This document shows positions 23,871 through 33,406 of a stretch of DNA of 64,000 bases, piece by piece (the stretch's first letter is position 1; each line of letters starts with the position of its first letter). The translations under genes were made by a program, and so were the position numbers. Source of the DNA: a virus; IMG/VR virus record IMGVR_UViG_3300027749_000046; one strand, 5' to 3'. The notes under the pieces are model-generated. The model saw only the letters and a list, made by a program, of their open reading frames with translations, did not search any database and was not told the DNA's origin.

Positions 23871-24399
23871 TAATCCACTCCGGTGCTTCTCGTTTTTTCC
23901 AATTATGCATCTTGGCTTTACCTATCTTATAATAGTTTCTGTAATTTGTCAATGGGTCGCTGCTGATCTTGTACTCGTCTGCCATAGCCGATGGCATTGG
24001 AGTCCAGTCGTAAGACTGTAGGTTCTTAGGAGGTGACTGAAGATAGTAGCCCATGTCATAGCACTTGTGCTTCTTGCCATAGCGATATGTATACTCCTCG
24101 CACAGCGCAAAGAAGTGCTCTACGAGCCAGTTGTAGTTCTCTATGGACTCACGACACCAAACTGCAGAGGGATGGTTCATGTGAGTGGCCGCGTACATGA
24201 TCGTGTCGCGAGCATCTGGAAGAGTCCACCTCTTTACCTTGCGGCCTAGCTTAGACAAGCCGACTTGCATCTCGCCGTCGAGTACGCGATGAGCAGTCGA
24301 GAGCAGTTGTGCTGACTCGAGGATCATCTTTACCACGTGTTTATCCACCATCCAGCGCGCTGCCTGCACCGGATCTTCATCAATATAAAAGATATTCAT
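23863..24399 (-). CDS. pyrimidine-dimer glycosylase/DenV-related conserved protein
   Basis: MNIFY, DKHVVKMILESAQLLSTAH, THMNHPSAVW, EYTYRYGK.H, YRNYY. Confidence 0.75.
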   Translation of the reverse strand: MNIFYIDEDPVQAARWMVDKHVVKMILESAQLLSTAHRVLDGEMQVGLSKLGRKVKRWTLPDARDTIMYAATHMNHPSAVWCRESIENYNWLVEHFFALCEEYTYRYGKKHKCYDMGYYLQSPPKNLQSYDWTPMPSAMADEYKISSDPLTNYRNYYKIGKAKMHNWKKREAPEWINV

Positions 24400-25079
24400 T
24401 ATTTACTCGCGTATATCATGCTTGCCCAGTTATTCTTAGGATCTTGCGCAGTGACCACCTTAAATTCCTTTGATAGGTAGTCGACAGTCCACTTGAACTT
24501 GTCTTTTGTCTTACCGTCGCGAAGAGCATTCTGGTGCCATTCCATTACCATGGCCTCGATCGGAGTCCAGTCGACTACGTCATTTTGGAAGATGTCCCAC
24601 TCACCGCCCTCGATGTCGAGCTTGAGCTTGTTGGCGCCAGACTCAGCTAGCGCTCTAGAGAATCTAGTTGCCTTCGCAGTAGTAAAATCTCGGCCTCTAC
24701 TCGTAACCGTCGAGTGCATGCCCTTGTTCTTGAGCTTGTTGATGAAGAACTTGATCTCGCTATCGTCAGAACCGATAAGAGCCAGATTATGGAGAGTAAC
24801 ATTCGAGCACCCGTTCCGTTCTAAGTTCTTACGGGCGATCTCGTAGTTGTCGGCATCGGGTTCGTATGATACCACTCGGCTCACGAGCTTTGAAACTCGC
24901 GTCGAGTAGGCAGCGATATTACAGCCGGCATCCATTACCACATCAGTTGGCTTATAGCTCATCACGTCATTGAAGTAAGTACTACGGTAGCACTCGTCTA
25001 CCACGTATTTATCTAGAGTTTCAGGTCGAGTATAGAATGTCTCATTCTCATTCTTACGCGTGTAGTCCTCAAGCAACAT
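24399..25079 (-). CDS. FkbM-family methyltransferase
   Basis: DAGCNI, SYEP, N...N, KLDIEGGE, MEWH. Confidence 0.85.
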   Translation of the reverse strand: MLLEDYTRKNENETFYTRPETLDKYVVDECYRSTYFNDVMSYKPTDVVMDAGCNIAAYSTRVSKLVSRVVSYEPDADNYEIARKNLERNGCSNVTLHNLALIGSDDSEIKFFINKLKNKGMHSTVTSRGRDFTTAKATRFSRALAESGANKLKLDIEGGEWDIFQNDVVDWTPIEAMVMEWHQNALRDGKTKDKFKWTVDYLSKEFKVVTAQDPKNNWASMIYASK

Positions 25080-25572
25080 TTTTAACTCCTTGGAATAGTG
25101 AATCGCGCTTCTTGAATGCTAGCTCGCGATGGTACTTGTTAGCTCGGTTATAGAACAAGATGCCGTCGAGATGGTCGATCTCATGCTGGAATACTCGAGC
25201 GGTCATGCCTGTAAACATCTCAGTTCGTGTGTCGCCATTTGGCATGGTGAATCGAACTCGAACGTGCTGAGACCGCTTTACCTTTACCACGAGACCCGGA
25301 TACGACATGCATCCCTCGTCGAGTAGTACTTTCTCGTCGCTGGCCATAACGATCTTTGGATTAAAGCACACGAAGTTCTCAGGCATGCTTCTCATGGCAA
25401 AGACGCGATATGGAACTCCAACCTGATTAGCCGACAAGCCAATTCCATTATTATCGCGCATGAACTTAACGAGATCTTTTGCGAACTCGATTGGATCAAA
25501 CGGAGGACTTGCAAAGTCAAACTCCATGCACTCGCGTGTTAAGATAGGGTTACTTCCAGTCACTAGATCCAT
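25069..25572 (-). CDS. def: peptide deformylase
   Basis: GIGLSANQVG, EGCMS, QHEIDHLDG. Confidence 0.95.
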   Translation of the reverse strand: MDLVTGSNPILTRECMEFDFASPPFDPIEFAKDLVKFMRDNNGIGLSANQVGVPYRVFAMRSMPENFVCFNPKIVMASDEKVLLDEGCMSYPGLVVKVKRSQHVRVRFTMPNGDTRTEMFTGMTARVFQHEIDHLDGILFYNRANKYHRELAFKKRDSLFQGVKNVA

Positions 25573-27281
25573 TATGCTACCATCCTTGAAAAGTTCTTGT
25601 GCTTCTCGAACCGAATAACGTTGTCGAACTTATCCGCGATTTGATCCGTCTTATGGCTTATTATATACACATTTGAGTCATTTGTCAACTGATTAATTAT
25701 CTTCATGAACTCCTCAGTTCCATTGGCGTCAAGTGAGCTGTCGAACACCTCGTCCATGATGAGGATGTTGGTGTTGATAGAGTTGCGAAGCTTGGCAACT
25801 GCCCTCCACGTGAAGAGAACTGCAAGGTTGATCCTCATCTTCTCACCCTCCGAGAAAGAAGCGTAGGAGAACTCATCGCGGTATCTTGACTTGATGGTCT
25901 CATTGAAGTTCTCGTCGAGGTTGAACTCAACGAAGAAGTCCATGGCCGCGAGGTACTTGTTGATGAGCTTGTTGATGATTGGGATGTACTGCTTGATCAT
26001 GCGCGACTTGATACCGCCGTCTTTCAAGAGCATTCCCGCTGCAGACAGAAGAAGCTGCTCCTCACCTAGGTCTACTATCTTGTTCTTAGTGTCTTCTAGC
26101 TCTCTAAGAAGATCATCGATCTTGGTGGTGTCCTGCTGCTCTTGGTCTTGCTTGATGTTGTCGATCTCATCTTTGAGCTGGTCTTTATAAGACTGAAGCG
26201 AGTCGATCTTGGTGATGACCCTGTGGCGATCCATCTTCTTGGTGTTGATGTCGTTGTGTATATTTAAGATCTCATCGAGCTTCTGACTCGCGGCCTCGTA
26301 CTCGGCGGTGAGCTGGTCGAGTCCTTGGTCTACCGCAGTGATATCGTCGGTCTTCTTCTGAATTGACTCAGCCCTGAATCCCTCGTCAATCTGCTGCTGA
26401 CATGTCGGGCAGTTCTCGTGGTTGTTTAGGAACTCGATGTCACCGCGATAGGTGGCGATCTTTGCCTCGAGCTGGTGCTTCAGTGTAGACAGCTTGTTCT
26501 TACGACGAGTTATAGTGTCCTCATCGGTAAGCTTAGAATTTAACTCCGAGATGTCTCTGTCGAGAGAGAACTTGGTCTCTATGTTTCTACTGATCTCATC
26601 TGTGGTAGACTTGATGCGATCTTTCTTCTCTGCGATGATCTTTGCGTTGTTCTTGTCGTTCTCAGCGATATGCTCGCGCACGAGCTTGATCTTCTCTTCT
26701 ACGAGATCTTTATCCTTGTCGGCCTTCCATATGTTGTTTGAGTTGTCCGACACTTTCTGCTTGAGCAGCGTGTTCATCGTAGTGAAGATCTGAAGGTCGA
26801 GTAGGTCCTCGATGATGTCCCTGCGCTGGCCGGCGGGAAGCTGCATGAACGGCACGAATGAAGCCGATCCTAAGACTACCACCTGACAGAACGACTTGTG
26901 GTTTATCTTTAAGATCTGCTTCTCTAGGATCTCCTGGTAGTCGCGTACATCCGACGACTGGTTCAAGAGAGCTCCGTTCATGTAAACCTCGAAGAAGTTC
27001 GGCCGAACTCCGCGAGAGATCTTGTACATGTTCTGACCGATGCTGAACTCGAGCTCGACCACCAGATCTTTCTTGGTGATTGAGTTGAGAAGCTGAGGTT
27101 TATTTATCTTTCGGAACGGCTTGTTGAATAAGCCGTATGATAGGGCATCAAGAATAGTAGACTTGCCTGCACCATTCTCACCTATGATGAGAGTGTTGTT
27201 GGACTTGTCCAGTGGTATCTCTGTGAATAGATTGCCCGTAGATAGAAAGTTCTTATAACGGATCTTGTGGAATACTATCAT
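25572..27281 (-). CDS. 46: recombination ATPase gp46 (Rad50/SbcC-like)
   Basis: GENGAGKS, CPTC hook, FSEGE, MDEVFD, SH. Confidence 0.97.
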   Translation of the reverse strand: MIVFHKIRYKNFLSTGNLFTEIPLDKSNNTLIIGENGAGKSTILDALSYGLFNKPFRKINKPQLLNSITKKDLVVELEFSIGQNMYKISRGVRPNFFEVYMNGALLNQSSDVRDYQEILEKQILKINHKSFCQVVVLGSASFVPFMQLPAGQRRDIIEDLLDLQIFTTMNTLLKQKVSDNSNNIWKADKDKDLVEEKIKLVREHIAENDKNNAKIIAEKKDRIKSTTDEISRNIETKFSLDRDISELNSKLTDEDTITRRKNKLSTLKHQLEAKIATYRGDIEFLNNHENCPTCQQQIDEGFRAESIQKKTDDITAVDQGLDQLTAEYEAASQKLDEILNIHNDINTKKMDRHRVITKIDSLQSYKDQLKDEIDNIKQDQEQQDTTKIDDLLRELEDTKNKIVDLGEEQLLLSAAGMLLKDGGIKSRMIKQYIPIINKLINKYLAAMDFFVEFNLDENFNETIKSRYRDEFSYASFSEGEKMRINLAVLFTWRAVAKLRNSINTNILIMDEVFDSSLDANGTEEFMKIINQLTNDSNVYIISHKTDQIADKFDNVIRFEKHKNFSRMVA

Positions 27282-28333
27282 TCTACGCTCAGTGCCTCGT
27301 TGTATAGATTGCTTATGACTCTCTCGAGCTTGTCTTTATCAAGGTGCTTGGTGTTGATCTGGTCGATATACTTCTTGAAGATGGTCATGGTATCCTCAGC
27401 TTCCTGAACGATATCGCCGTCGTCTTCCATGTTGAGGTTCAGGTGATCCTCGACGATCTGCACTTGACTTGGGTTTGCCTTCTCAAGGTTGTCGATGAAC
27501 ATGTCGAACCAGTACGGGTTGGTCTTGTTCTGCACGATGACCTTTACGATCTTATCCTTGTATTGAGCGTAGTCGTACTCTGCTATAAAGTCGATGCCGA
27601 CGTTCGAGTCGTTGTACCATATCTTCTTAAAGATCTTATATGGATTGCGAACAAAACCTAGCGCTCGAGTCTCTGTATCAAAGACGTGAAAACCTCTGTC
27701 GTCGTCGTAGTCGCTCCAAGTAAACTCAGAGTGGCTGCCAAGATAGTGGATATTCCCAGTGCTAGACTTATGATGATAATGACCACTGAGTACTGTATCA
27801 AACTTATCAAAGAGACCAACATCGTCTCCATGTGTACTAATGCTTCCCTTAAACATCTCAAAGCCCTGGAGCTCCAGGTGTCCCATTGCAATCTGCGCAT
27901 CTGTCTTTCTCAGTAGATCTAGTGTCTGCTCGCGATTATCCTGACATATCCAGGGGATAAAAAGCACCTTGGTATCATCGAAGGTGATCTCGGTTGCCGT
28001 CTCATATCTCTGGATACCATTGTAGAGCTCTGAGATCGCGTTCACGTCGTTCGTGTTCTTGTAGTACACGTCGTGGTTACCGAGTATCTGGTGGTAGTCG
28101 ATGTTCCGCTTAGCGAGAGGCTCCATGAAGTCCTCGCGAAGTCTCTTGGCGGTGTTGAAGTTTATGTACTTGCGGCGATCTACCAGATCACCCAGGTGAA
28201 CCACGGTAGTGATACCCTCGGCGTCCAGCAGTGGAAAGAACACGTCGTCGAGAAACTTCTTGGTGTAGTCGTAGAACAACGCGTTGTCATTGCGCACTCC
28301 CCAGTGCGTGTCAGTTATAATTGCTATCTTCAC
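27278..28333 (-). CDS. 47: recombination nuclease gp47 (Mre11/SbcD-like)
   Basis: DTHWG, GD..D, GNHD, GHLE, SGHYH. Confidence 0.97.
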   Translation of the reverse strand: MKIAIITDTHWGVRNDNALFYDYTKKFLDDVFFPLLDAEGITTVVHLGDLVDRRKYINFNTAKRLREDFMEPLAKRNIDYHQILGNHDVYYKNTNDVNAISELYNGIQRYETATEITFDDTKVLFIPWICQDNREQTLDLLRKTDAQIAMGHLELQGFEMFKGSISTHGDDVGLFDKFDTVLSGHYHHKSSTGNIHYLGSHSEFTWSDYDDDRGFHVFDTETRALGFVRNPYKIFKKIWYNDSNVGIDFIAEYDYAQYKDKIVKVIVQNKTNPYWFDMFIDNLEKANPSQVQIVEDHLNLNMEDDGDIVQEAEDTMTIFKKYIDQINTKHLDKDKLERVISNLYNEALSVE

Positions 28334-28488
28334 TTGCGGCTTGCCTTTGGCTTCTCTACCTGTAGATTATAATCGCAGAAGTCCCTGATGGCTTCTAGAC
28401 GGCCGCGATACGTATCTCTCATGTTCTCTACTCTTGAGTTCTTTAGATTCTCAGCGATATCAACTATCACTTGTGGAATCAAGTGCAT
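28330..28488 (-). CDS. 52 aa hypothetical protein (not in ORF track)
   Basis: MHLIPQVIVDIAENL...RLEAIRDFC; GTGA coupling to gene 47. Confidence 0.65.
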   Translation of the reverse strand: MHLIPQVIVDIAENLKNSRVENMRDTYRGRLEAIRDFCDYNLQVEKPKASRK

Positions 28489-29059
28489 CTTCTTGGACAG
28501 CATCTTCAGTCACCTCTGCAAATTTCTCAATACCCATCTTAACACGCTTTGTATTTTTTGTCAACTTCTCTTCGAAGTTCCTGATGATGTCGTCCGAGTA
28601 CGGGTTGTGCTTGACCATAGGGCTATTACCCTCGCCACCCTCCCAGAGCTCATCCATAATTCCTGAGTTCTCAAAGTTCTTATGCTTTATATAAGCCTGC
28701 TTCTTCTCCTTCGTTATTCGACGGATGAATGCATTCCAAGCGATCTGCGTGAAGTAGGCAAATGGATTCTGAGTTCTCGAGGGATCAAAGTTATCCACAG
28801 AAGCAAGGCAGTTCTCAATGCCGTCGGCCACCATCTCGTCTCTATACGAGTAGCTCATGAAGTTAGGTTTTGTCGAGAGCTTATTGCAGATCATCATGAG
28901 GCACTCGCCGACGTACCGAGGTACTCTAGGCTTTGGCTTACCGTCTAGAACTGCCTGGTCTACATCGGCCTTGTACTTGACCATCGCCTCGTAGAAGTCC
29001 TTGTTGTTGACGTAGTGTCTCTTGGACCGCGGCTTGATAACTCTAGGTCTTGCTGTCAT
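28460..29059 (-). CDS. 55: late sigma factor gp55
   Basis: HYVNN, PNF..YSYRDEMVADGIENC, NPFAYFTQI...AFIRRI.KEKKQ. Confidence 0.97.
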   Translation of the reverse strand: MTARPRVIKPRSKRHYVNNKDFYEAMVKYKADVDQAVLDGKPKPRVPRYVGECLMMICNKLSTKPNFMSYSYRDEMVADGIENCLASVDNFDPSRTQNPFAYFTQIAWNAFIRRITKEKKQAYIKHKNFENSGIMDELWEGGEGNSPMVKHNPYSDDIIRNFEEKLTKNTKRVKMGIEKFAEVTEDAVQEDALDSTSDS

Positions 29060-30506
29060 TTTTTAATCCCACATTATAGATCTTATATTCAAATTTCTCT
29101 TCGTTATATATCTTAATTCTCTCCACAAAGTGGAGTAGAGTAAAGTTCTTTCTGCTCTTCCACACCATGTCGTCTGCTATATCGTACAGAGTAGCTGTAG
29201 TCTTTGTATCTGACTTTCTCAATCCGCGACCAATCGACTGTAGGTTTCTCACCCTAGATTTCGAAGGACTAGCGAATATAACGTTATGCAGATTACGAAT
29301 ATTAATTCCGGTAGAATAAGTCCCGTAGCTAGCGACGATAACACAGGATGGAGAAGACTCCACGAGCTTGCGTATTTCTTCACGATCTGAACCATCAATA
29401 CCCCCATGAACAAAATAGACCGGCTTGTCGGTCTCATTCTTAATTAGATTATATAATACTTTTCCGTGTTTGTCAACCATCTGGAACAAAAGAAGTGTAT
29501 TACCCTCCAGTGATAGAGCCAAGTTCTTGATGAAGTTGTTTCTGGCTTGGCTCTGTATTAGATAGTCGATCTCGGTCTTGTAGTCGGTCTTGGCTATAAG
29601 CTGTCTTACGTTATCTGGATACTTAAGAAGTATACACTTGATCGACAGGTCTGATATGTGCTTCTTCTCTATGAGCTCAGTAGTGGTGATTACTTTTCTC
29701 ACCGCCCCGAATAGACCCTCGAGAACCAGCTTGTGTGTCTGAGTGCCGTCGAGCGTTCCAGTGAACCCGAACCTGTAAGCGCACTTGCCGAGCTTCTCCA
29801 TTATGGACTGCAGGGACTTCGCCTTGAACAGGTGGGCCTCGTCTCCTATGACAACATCAAACGATTCGTAATACGATTTAGGAAGCTTGTAAATCGACTG
29901 CCATGTTGAGATTGTAATTGGTTTACTCGTGGTCTTAGCTTCTCCCGCAAAGACGCGGTGTACATACCTGTCACTATCAAGCCCGTAGTCAGCAAAGTCA
30001 GTAGCAAGCTGAGAGACGAGAGAAGTAGTAGGTACGATGATGAGAGTACGCGCATTATAGTACCTCGTCAGTAGGTAGATGATGAATGATTTTCCGGATG
30101 CCGTAGGCGAGAGGAGAACACCCCTCTTGTTTCTGACGGCGTGAGTGAATGCCTCGACCTGATAGTCCCTAGGCTCCATCTTGGGATTGAGCTTCTTGAT
30201 GAACTCTCTGGCCTCGAGAAGTGAGAACTCCTCTGGGTCGTAGCGATCAGTCACCGTCTCGAACTCGTATCCCCTGTCCTTACAGAACTTCTCTACGTAG
30301 TTGATGAGGCCGGCGTAGAGCAGGCACGACATGACGTTGAACAGGCGTATCTTGCCGTCCCACATCTTATTGCGATAGGCCGGCATGAACTTAGCGCCGG
30401 GTACGTCGAAGGTGAAGTAGTCGTTTATCTCAAACGCAACACCAGGATCACACTGGATCTTCATGTGCGTCTCGTCGTGGTACTCTATCTTCACCGTGTC
30501 AGTCAT
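29043..30506 (-). CDS. uvsW: SF2 helicase UvsW
   Basis: PTASGKS, DEAH, TGT, QSIGRGLR. Confidence 0.97.
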   Translation of the reverse strand: MTDTVKIEYHDETHMKIQCDPGVAFEINDYFTFDVPGAKFMPAYRNKMWDGKIRLFNVMSCLLYAGLINYVEKFCKDRGYEFETVTDRYDPEEFSLLEAREFIKKLNPKMEPRDYQVEAFTHAVRNKRGVLLSPTASGKSFIIYLLTRYYNARTLIIVPTTSLVSQLATDFADYGLDSDRYVHRVFAGEAKTTSKPITISTWQSIYKLPKSYYESFDVVIGDEAHLFKAKSLQSIMEKLGKCAYRFGFTGTLDGTQTHKLVLEGLFGAVRKVITTTELIEKKHISDLSIKCILLKYPDNVRQLIAKTDYKTEIDYLIQSQARNNFIKNLALSLEGNTLLLFQMVDKHGKVLYNLIKNETDKPVYFVHGGIDGSDREEIRKLVESSPSCVIVASYGTYSTGINIRNLHNVIFASPSKSRVRNLQSIGRGLRKSDTKTTATLYDIADDMVWKSRKNFTLLHFVERIKIYNEEKFEYKIYNVGLKNDSKT

Positions 30507-30949
30507 CAGGCCCCATGAGTAAATCTATGCCAATCAATTGCATTCTTAATAGAATACCCTCTATTTACAAGCGACTTAATAGCGGCCTCAAGATACTCAA
30601 CTTTCTCCTGCTGATACCCGATCTTCAGGCTGGTGTCGATTATATCACCATCAGACTCCATGTACATGGGGATATCCGACTTGAGTATGAGACCGCGGGA
30701 TGGAAGCTTCCATTCTCTAGGCGTGTCCTCATTGGGACCCTGAGTGTAGAACTCGTACTTCTCGAACTTAAGCGTCTTGAAGTCTGCTTCCATCTTCCTC
30801 AGTCGTAGTCTCTCTGTAGAGAACAGCTTGTAGTACTTGCTGTGGAGCTGTGGGATCTTTAAGCTCTCCTCACCCAGCTCTGTTCTATCGATATCGCAGT
30901 CCTTAGACCACATCTCCATGATATCTTCAAGTGTCATCATATACTCCAT
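30506..30949 (-). CDS. uvsY: recombination mediator UvsY
   Basis: W.KD..ID, IPQLHSKY, RGYSIKNAIDW. Confidence 0.92.
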   Translation of the reverse strand: MEYMMTLEDIMEMWSKDCDIDRTELGEESLKIPQLHSKYYKLFSTERLRLRKMEADFKTLKFEKYEFYTQGPNEDTPREWKLPSRGLILKSDIPMYMESDGDIIDTSLKIGYQQEKVEYLEAAIKSLVNRGYSIKNAIDWHRFTHGA

Positions 30950-30975
30950 AGTATAATTACTTTGTCAATATAGCT

Positions 30976-31004
30976 ATTATAACAAGTATCTCAGTATTTG
31001 TCAA
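30976..31004 (-). promoter_or_regulatory. consensus sigma70 promoter for the uvsY operon
   Basis: TTGACA-N17-TATAAT with TG extension. Confidence 0.9.
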
Positions 31005-31525
31005 CCTGCTTTATCAATACTATACGAAAGATATCTAAACTCCGAGGATACCTCTAGGAAGTTTACATCACTGGAAGTAGTATTAAAAGTAAGATCACCG
31101 AGACTTACTGGGTACGCATCGTGAAAAGTAACGCTGTAGTTTGGATTCTTTGCGGAAGTTAGTATCATGAGATACATGTCTGATACTATTCCGTTGCCCG
31201 TGTACGACGGATGAGAAGCCAGATTGGCATACTGCTGGAAGTTCTCTGGCTTGCTGAGCCCGACTATCCAGTCTCTTATCTCCATGTAGTTCGTGAGATC
31301 TTCGTCTACCTTGAAGGTTATATTGAGACTGCCGTAGTTCAGGTGGTCGCCTGCGTATGGTATCTTAACGAATGGAGTCGGTATGTCTATCGACTGAACG
31401 GATATCGACGGCAGGTTTATTCTCTGTATGAAGAAGTTAACGTGCGGTGCTCTCTTGAGCCTAAACGTAAAGTTAAGCGGCGATAGAAAGTTCTTGTTAC
31501 TAGGGGTATTATCTAAAGCTGACAT
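31001..31525 (-). CDS. 3: tail completion/sheath stabilizer gp3
   Basis: NFLSP..F.F, NLPSI, F.VDEDL.NY.EI..W, F.DAYP.SL. Confidence 0.9.
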   Translation of the reverse strand: MSALDNTPSNKNFLSPLNFTFRLKRAPHVNFFIQRINLPSISVQSIDIPTPFVKIPYAGDHLNYGSLNITFKVDEDLTNYMEIRDWIVGLSKPENFQQYANLASHPSYTGNGIVSDMYLMILTSAKNPNYSVTFHDAYPVSLGDLTFNTTSSDVNFLEVSSEFRYLSYSIDKAG

Positions 31526-31528
31526 CTA

Positions 31529-31882
31529 TTATGCTCCATCGACAGATTTAACTAGATCCCATTGCGCTTTAGCATCTGGATGTGGATTATCTGACTTACG
31601 GTATACTGTATGACCGAGGATCTTACCGCGGTTGGTGATAGCAACATGCATCTTGTGCTTATTGCCAGAGTTAGTTAATATTACACTTCTTGTTTTTCCA
31701 GGTCCTTGATCAAACTCACTCTCTTCTTTACCATAGATGTCAGGATGATCGTACGAATTTACATAATTTATAAATGATTGGTGTCTATGAAGAGCGCGAA
31801 TTTGAGATTTATTTAAGATTTCATGCATCTGTTTTGGACGAGTTGTATTTTCTTCTTGAATGAATTCTTTAAACGTTTTCAT
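31529..31882 (-). CDS. putative internal head protein with capsid-targeting-like leader
   Basis: MKTFKEFIQE after GGAG RBS; GATAAATA late promoter about 31905-31912. Confidence 0.7.
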   Translation of the reverse strand: MKTFKEFIQEENTTRPKQMHEILNKSQIRALHRHQSFINYVNSYDHPDIYGKEESEFDQGPGKTRSVILTNSGNKHKMHVAITNRGKILGHTVYRKSDNPHPDAKAQWDLVKSVDGA

Positions 31883-31916
31883 GGTGATCTCCATCTGCTC
31901 TATATATTTATCCCAT

Positions 31917-31941
31917 AAAAAAAGGGGAGCCGAAGCTCCCC
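31917..31941 (-). terminator. intrinsic terminator after gene 23
   Basis: GGGGAGC-TTCG-GCTCCCC plus U tract. Confidence 0.92.
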
Positions 31942-31982
31942 AATAGTAGTGTCAGGTTATTCCTGATCTTAAAGTATATATC

Positions 31983-33362
31983 TCACATCAAGTTGTTTAC
32001 GATTACCTTGCGGTAGTAGAAGTTGCTGTTTGGCGAGAGAACGCCCGAACCAGCTGTAAGACCCTGAGCAAAAGGATTCGCCACGATACCGTAACGAGTC
32101 TTGAAGCCGATCTTTGGCTGGAAGGACATCTGATCGACCGCACGAACCATCTGTAGGGGAACGTATGGGCAGTAGAATAGACCAGCGTCGAATGCAGACG
32201 AGCCCTTGTAGCCGACGGTGAGGTAGTTACCACCGGTTGCATATGGATCGATGTACACGCGGAGACGACCGTTGAGAACACCAGCGAAGGTGTTGCCTGT
32301 ATCGTCGACCTGGAGGTTGTTGCTGTTGAGAGCAGGAGCGTAGTCAAGAACACCGGCCATCTGAAGGGCAGACGCAACGTCTGACGAGCAGATAACGATG
32401 TTACCCTTACCACGACGTGTTGTCTTGGCAATCTGGTTAGCTTCGCGCTCTAGCTGGAACATAAGACCCTTGAACTTCTCAACTGACCAACGACCGTTTG
32501 AGTCGGTATCAAGATCGAACACGCCGGCTGTCGTTGTGTTGTCTTGTGCGCCGAGGACGCCGGTGATGTTGATCTCGCGGATAACTTCGCGGTTGATTTC
32601 CGCGAGAATTTCTGCCGAGAGGATGTTCGAGAGCTCGGTCTCAGCGTCAAGGCCGTGAATTGCCTTGAGATCCTGAGCGAGTTCCATCGTGTACTCAGCC
32701 TTGAGGGCGCGAGTCTTAGCGGTAACGGTTACCTTCTCGATCGAGAAAGCCATCTGAGCGAAGTCGCTTGCACCCGAGTTGTTCGAGCCGAGAGCTTCAC
32801 CAGTTGCAGTCGACATACCAAACGAGGTATTGTAGAATGCGGTGTTGACCATGGCAGTGGTGTTGGTCTGACCTGGGATCGAGTTGTTGGCACCGATGTT
32901 GTTGCCCTGACCGAAGGTCGTGTTACCAGCGACGACGGTTGAGAACGCGGTGTTGACTTCGTTGTAGAAGGTTTCGCCACCGGTCTGGTTGGCATAGCGC
33001 GAGCGCATTGCGAAGATAAGGCCGGTAGGACCAGTCATCGGCTGAACGCCGCAGACGTCATATGCCATTAGGTTAGGCATTGCACGACGTACGAGCGAGA
33101 TGAGAACTGGATCGAATGTGTCGATGCCGCCAGCGCCTGCTGTCGAGCTCGATGCACCCATGAAGTTTACAGCAGATGGAGCGATACCAGCTTCTGTAAG
33201 TGTCTGATAGTCACCGTGAGCGCCAGCCTCGCGGAGGGCCTTCTCGGTGTTCTCGAGCATAACTGCAGTGACCGAACGACGATGACGATCGGCAATTGGG
33301 TTAAGATCTGAGTGGTCCAGAATTGGAGCCCACTTGTTTTGAATTTCCTCAGCTAGATACAT
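31983..33362 (-). CDS. 23: major capsid protein gp23
   Basis: LTE/A cleavage, PVLISLVRR, GVQPMTGPTG, ELAQDLKAIHGLDA, YCPYVPL, FKTRYG. Confidence 0.99.
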   Translation of the reverse strand: MYLAEEIQNKWAPILDHSDLNPIADRHRRSVTAVMLENTEKALREAGAHGDYQTLTEAGIAPSAVNFMGASSSTAGAGGIDTFDPVLISLVRRAMPNLMAYDVCGVQPMTGPTGLIFAMRSRYANQTGGETFYNEVNTAFSTVVAGNTTFGQGNNIGANNSIPGQTNTTAMVNTAFYNTSFGMSTATGEALGSNNSGASDFAQMAFSIEKVTVTAKTRALKAEYTMELAQDLKAIHGLDAETELSNILSAEILAEINREVIREINITGVLGAQDNTTTAGVFDLDTDSNGRWSVEKFKGLMFQLEREANQIAKTTRRGKGNIVICSSDVASALQMAGVLDYAPALNSNNLQVDDTGNTFAGVLNGRLRVYIDPYATGGNYLTVGYKGSSAFDAGLFYCPYVPLQMVRAVDQMSFQPKIGFKTRYGIVANPFAQGLTAGSGVLSPNSNFYYRKVIVNNLM

Positions 33363-33406
33363 TTGTTTCTCCCTTGTGCTTTAGGAACTGTTATATTTAT
33401 TAAAAG

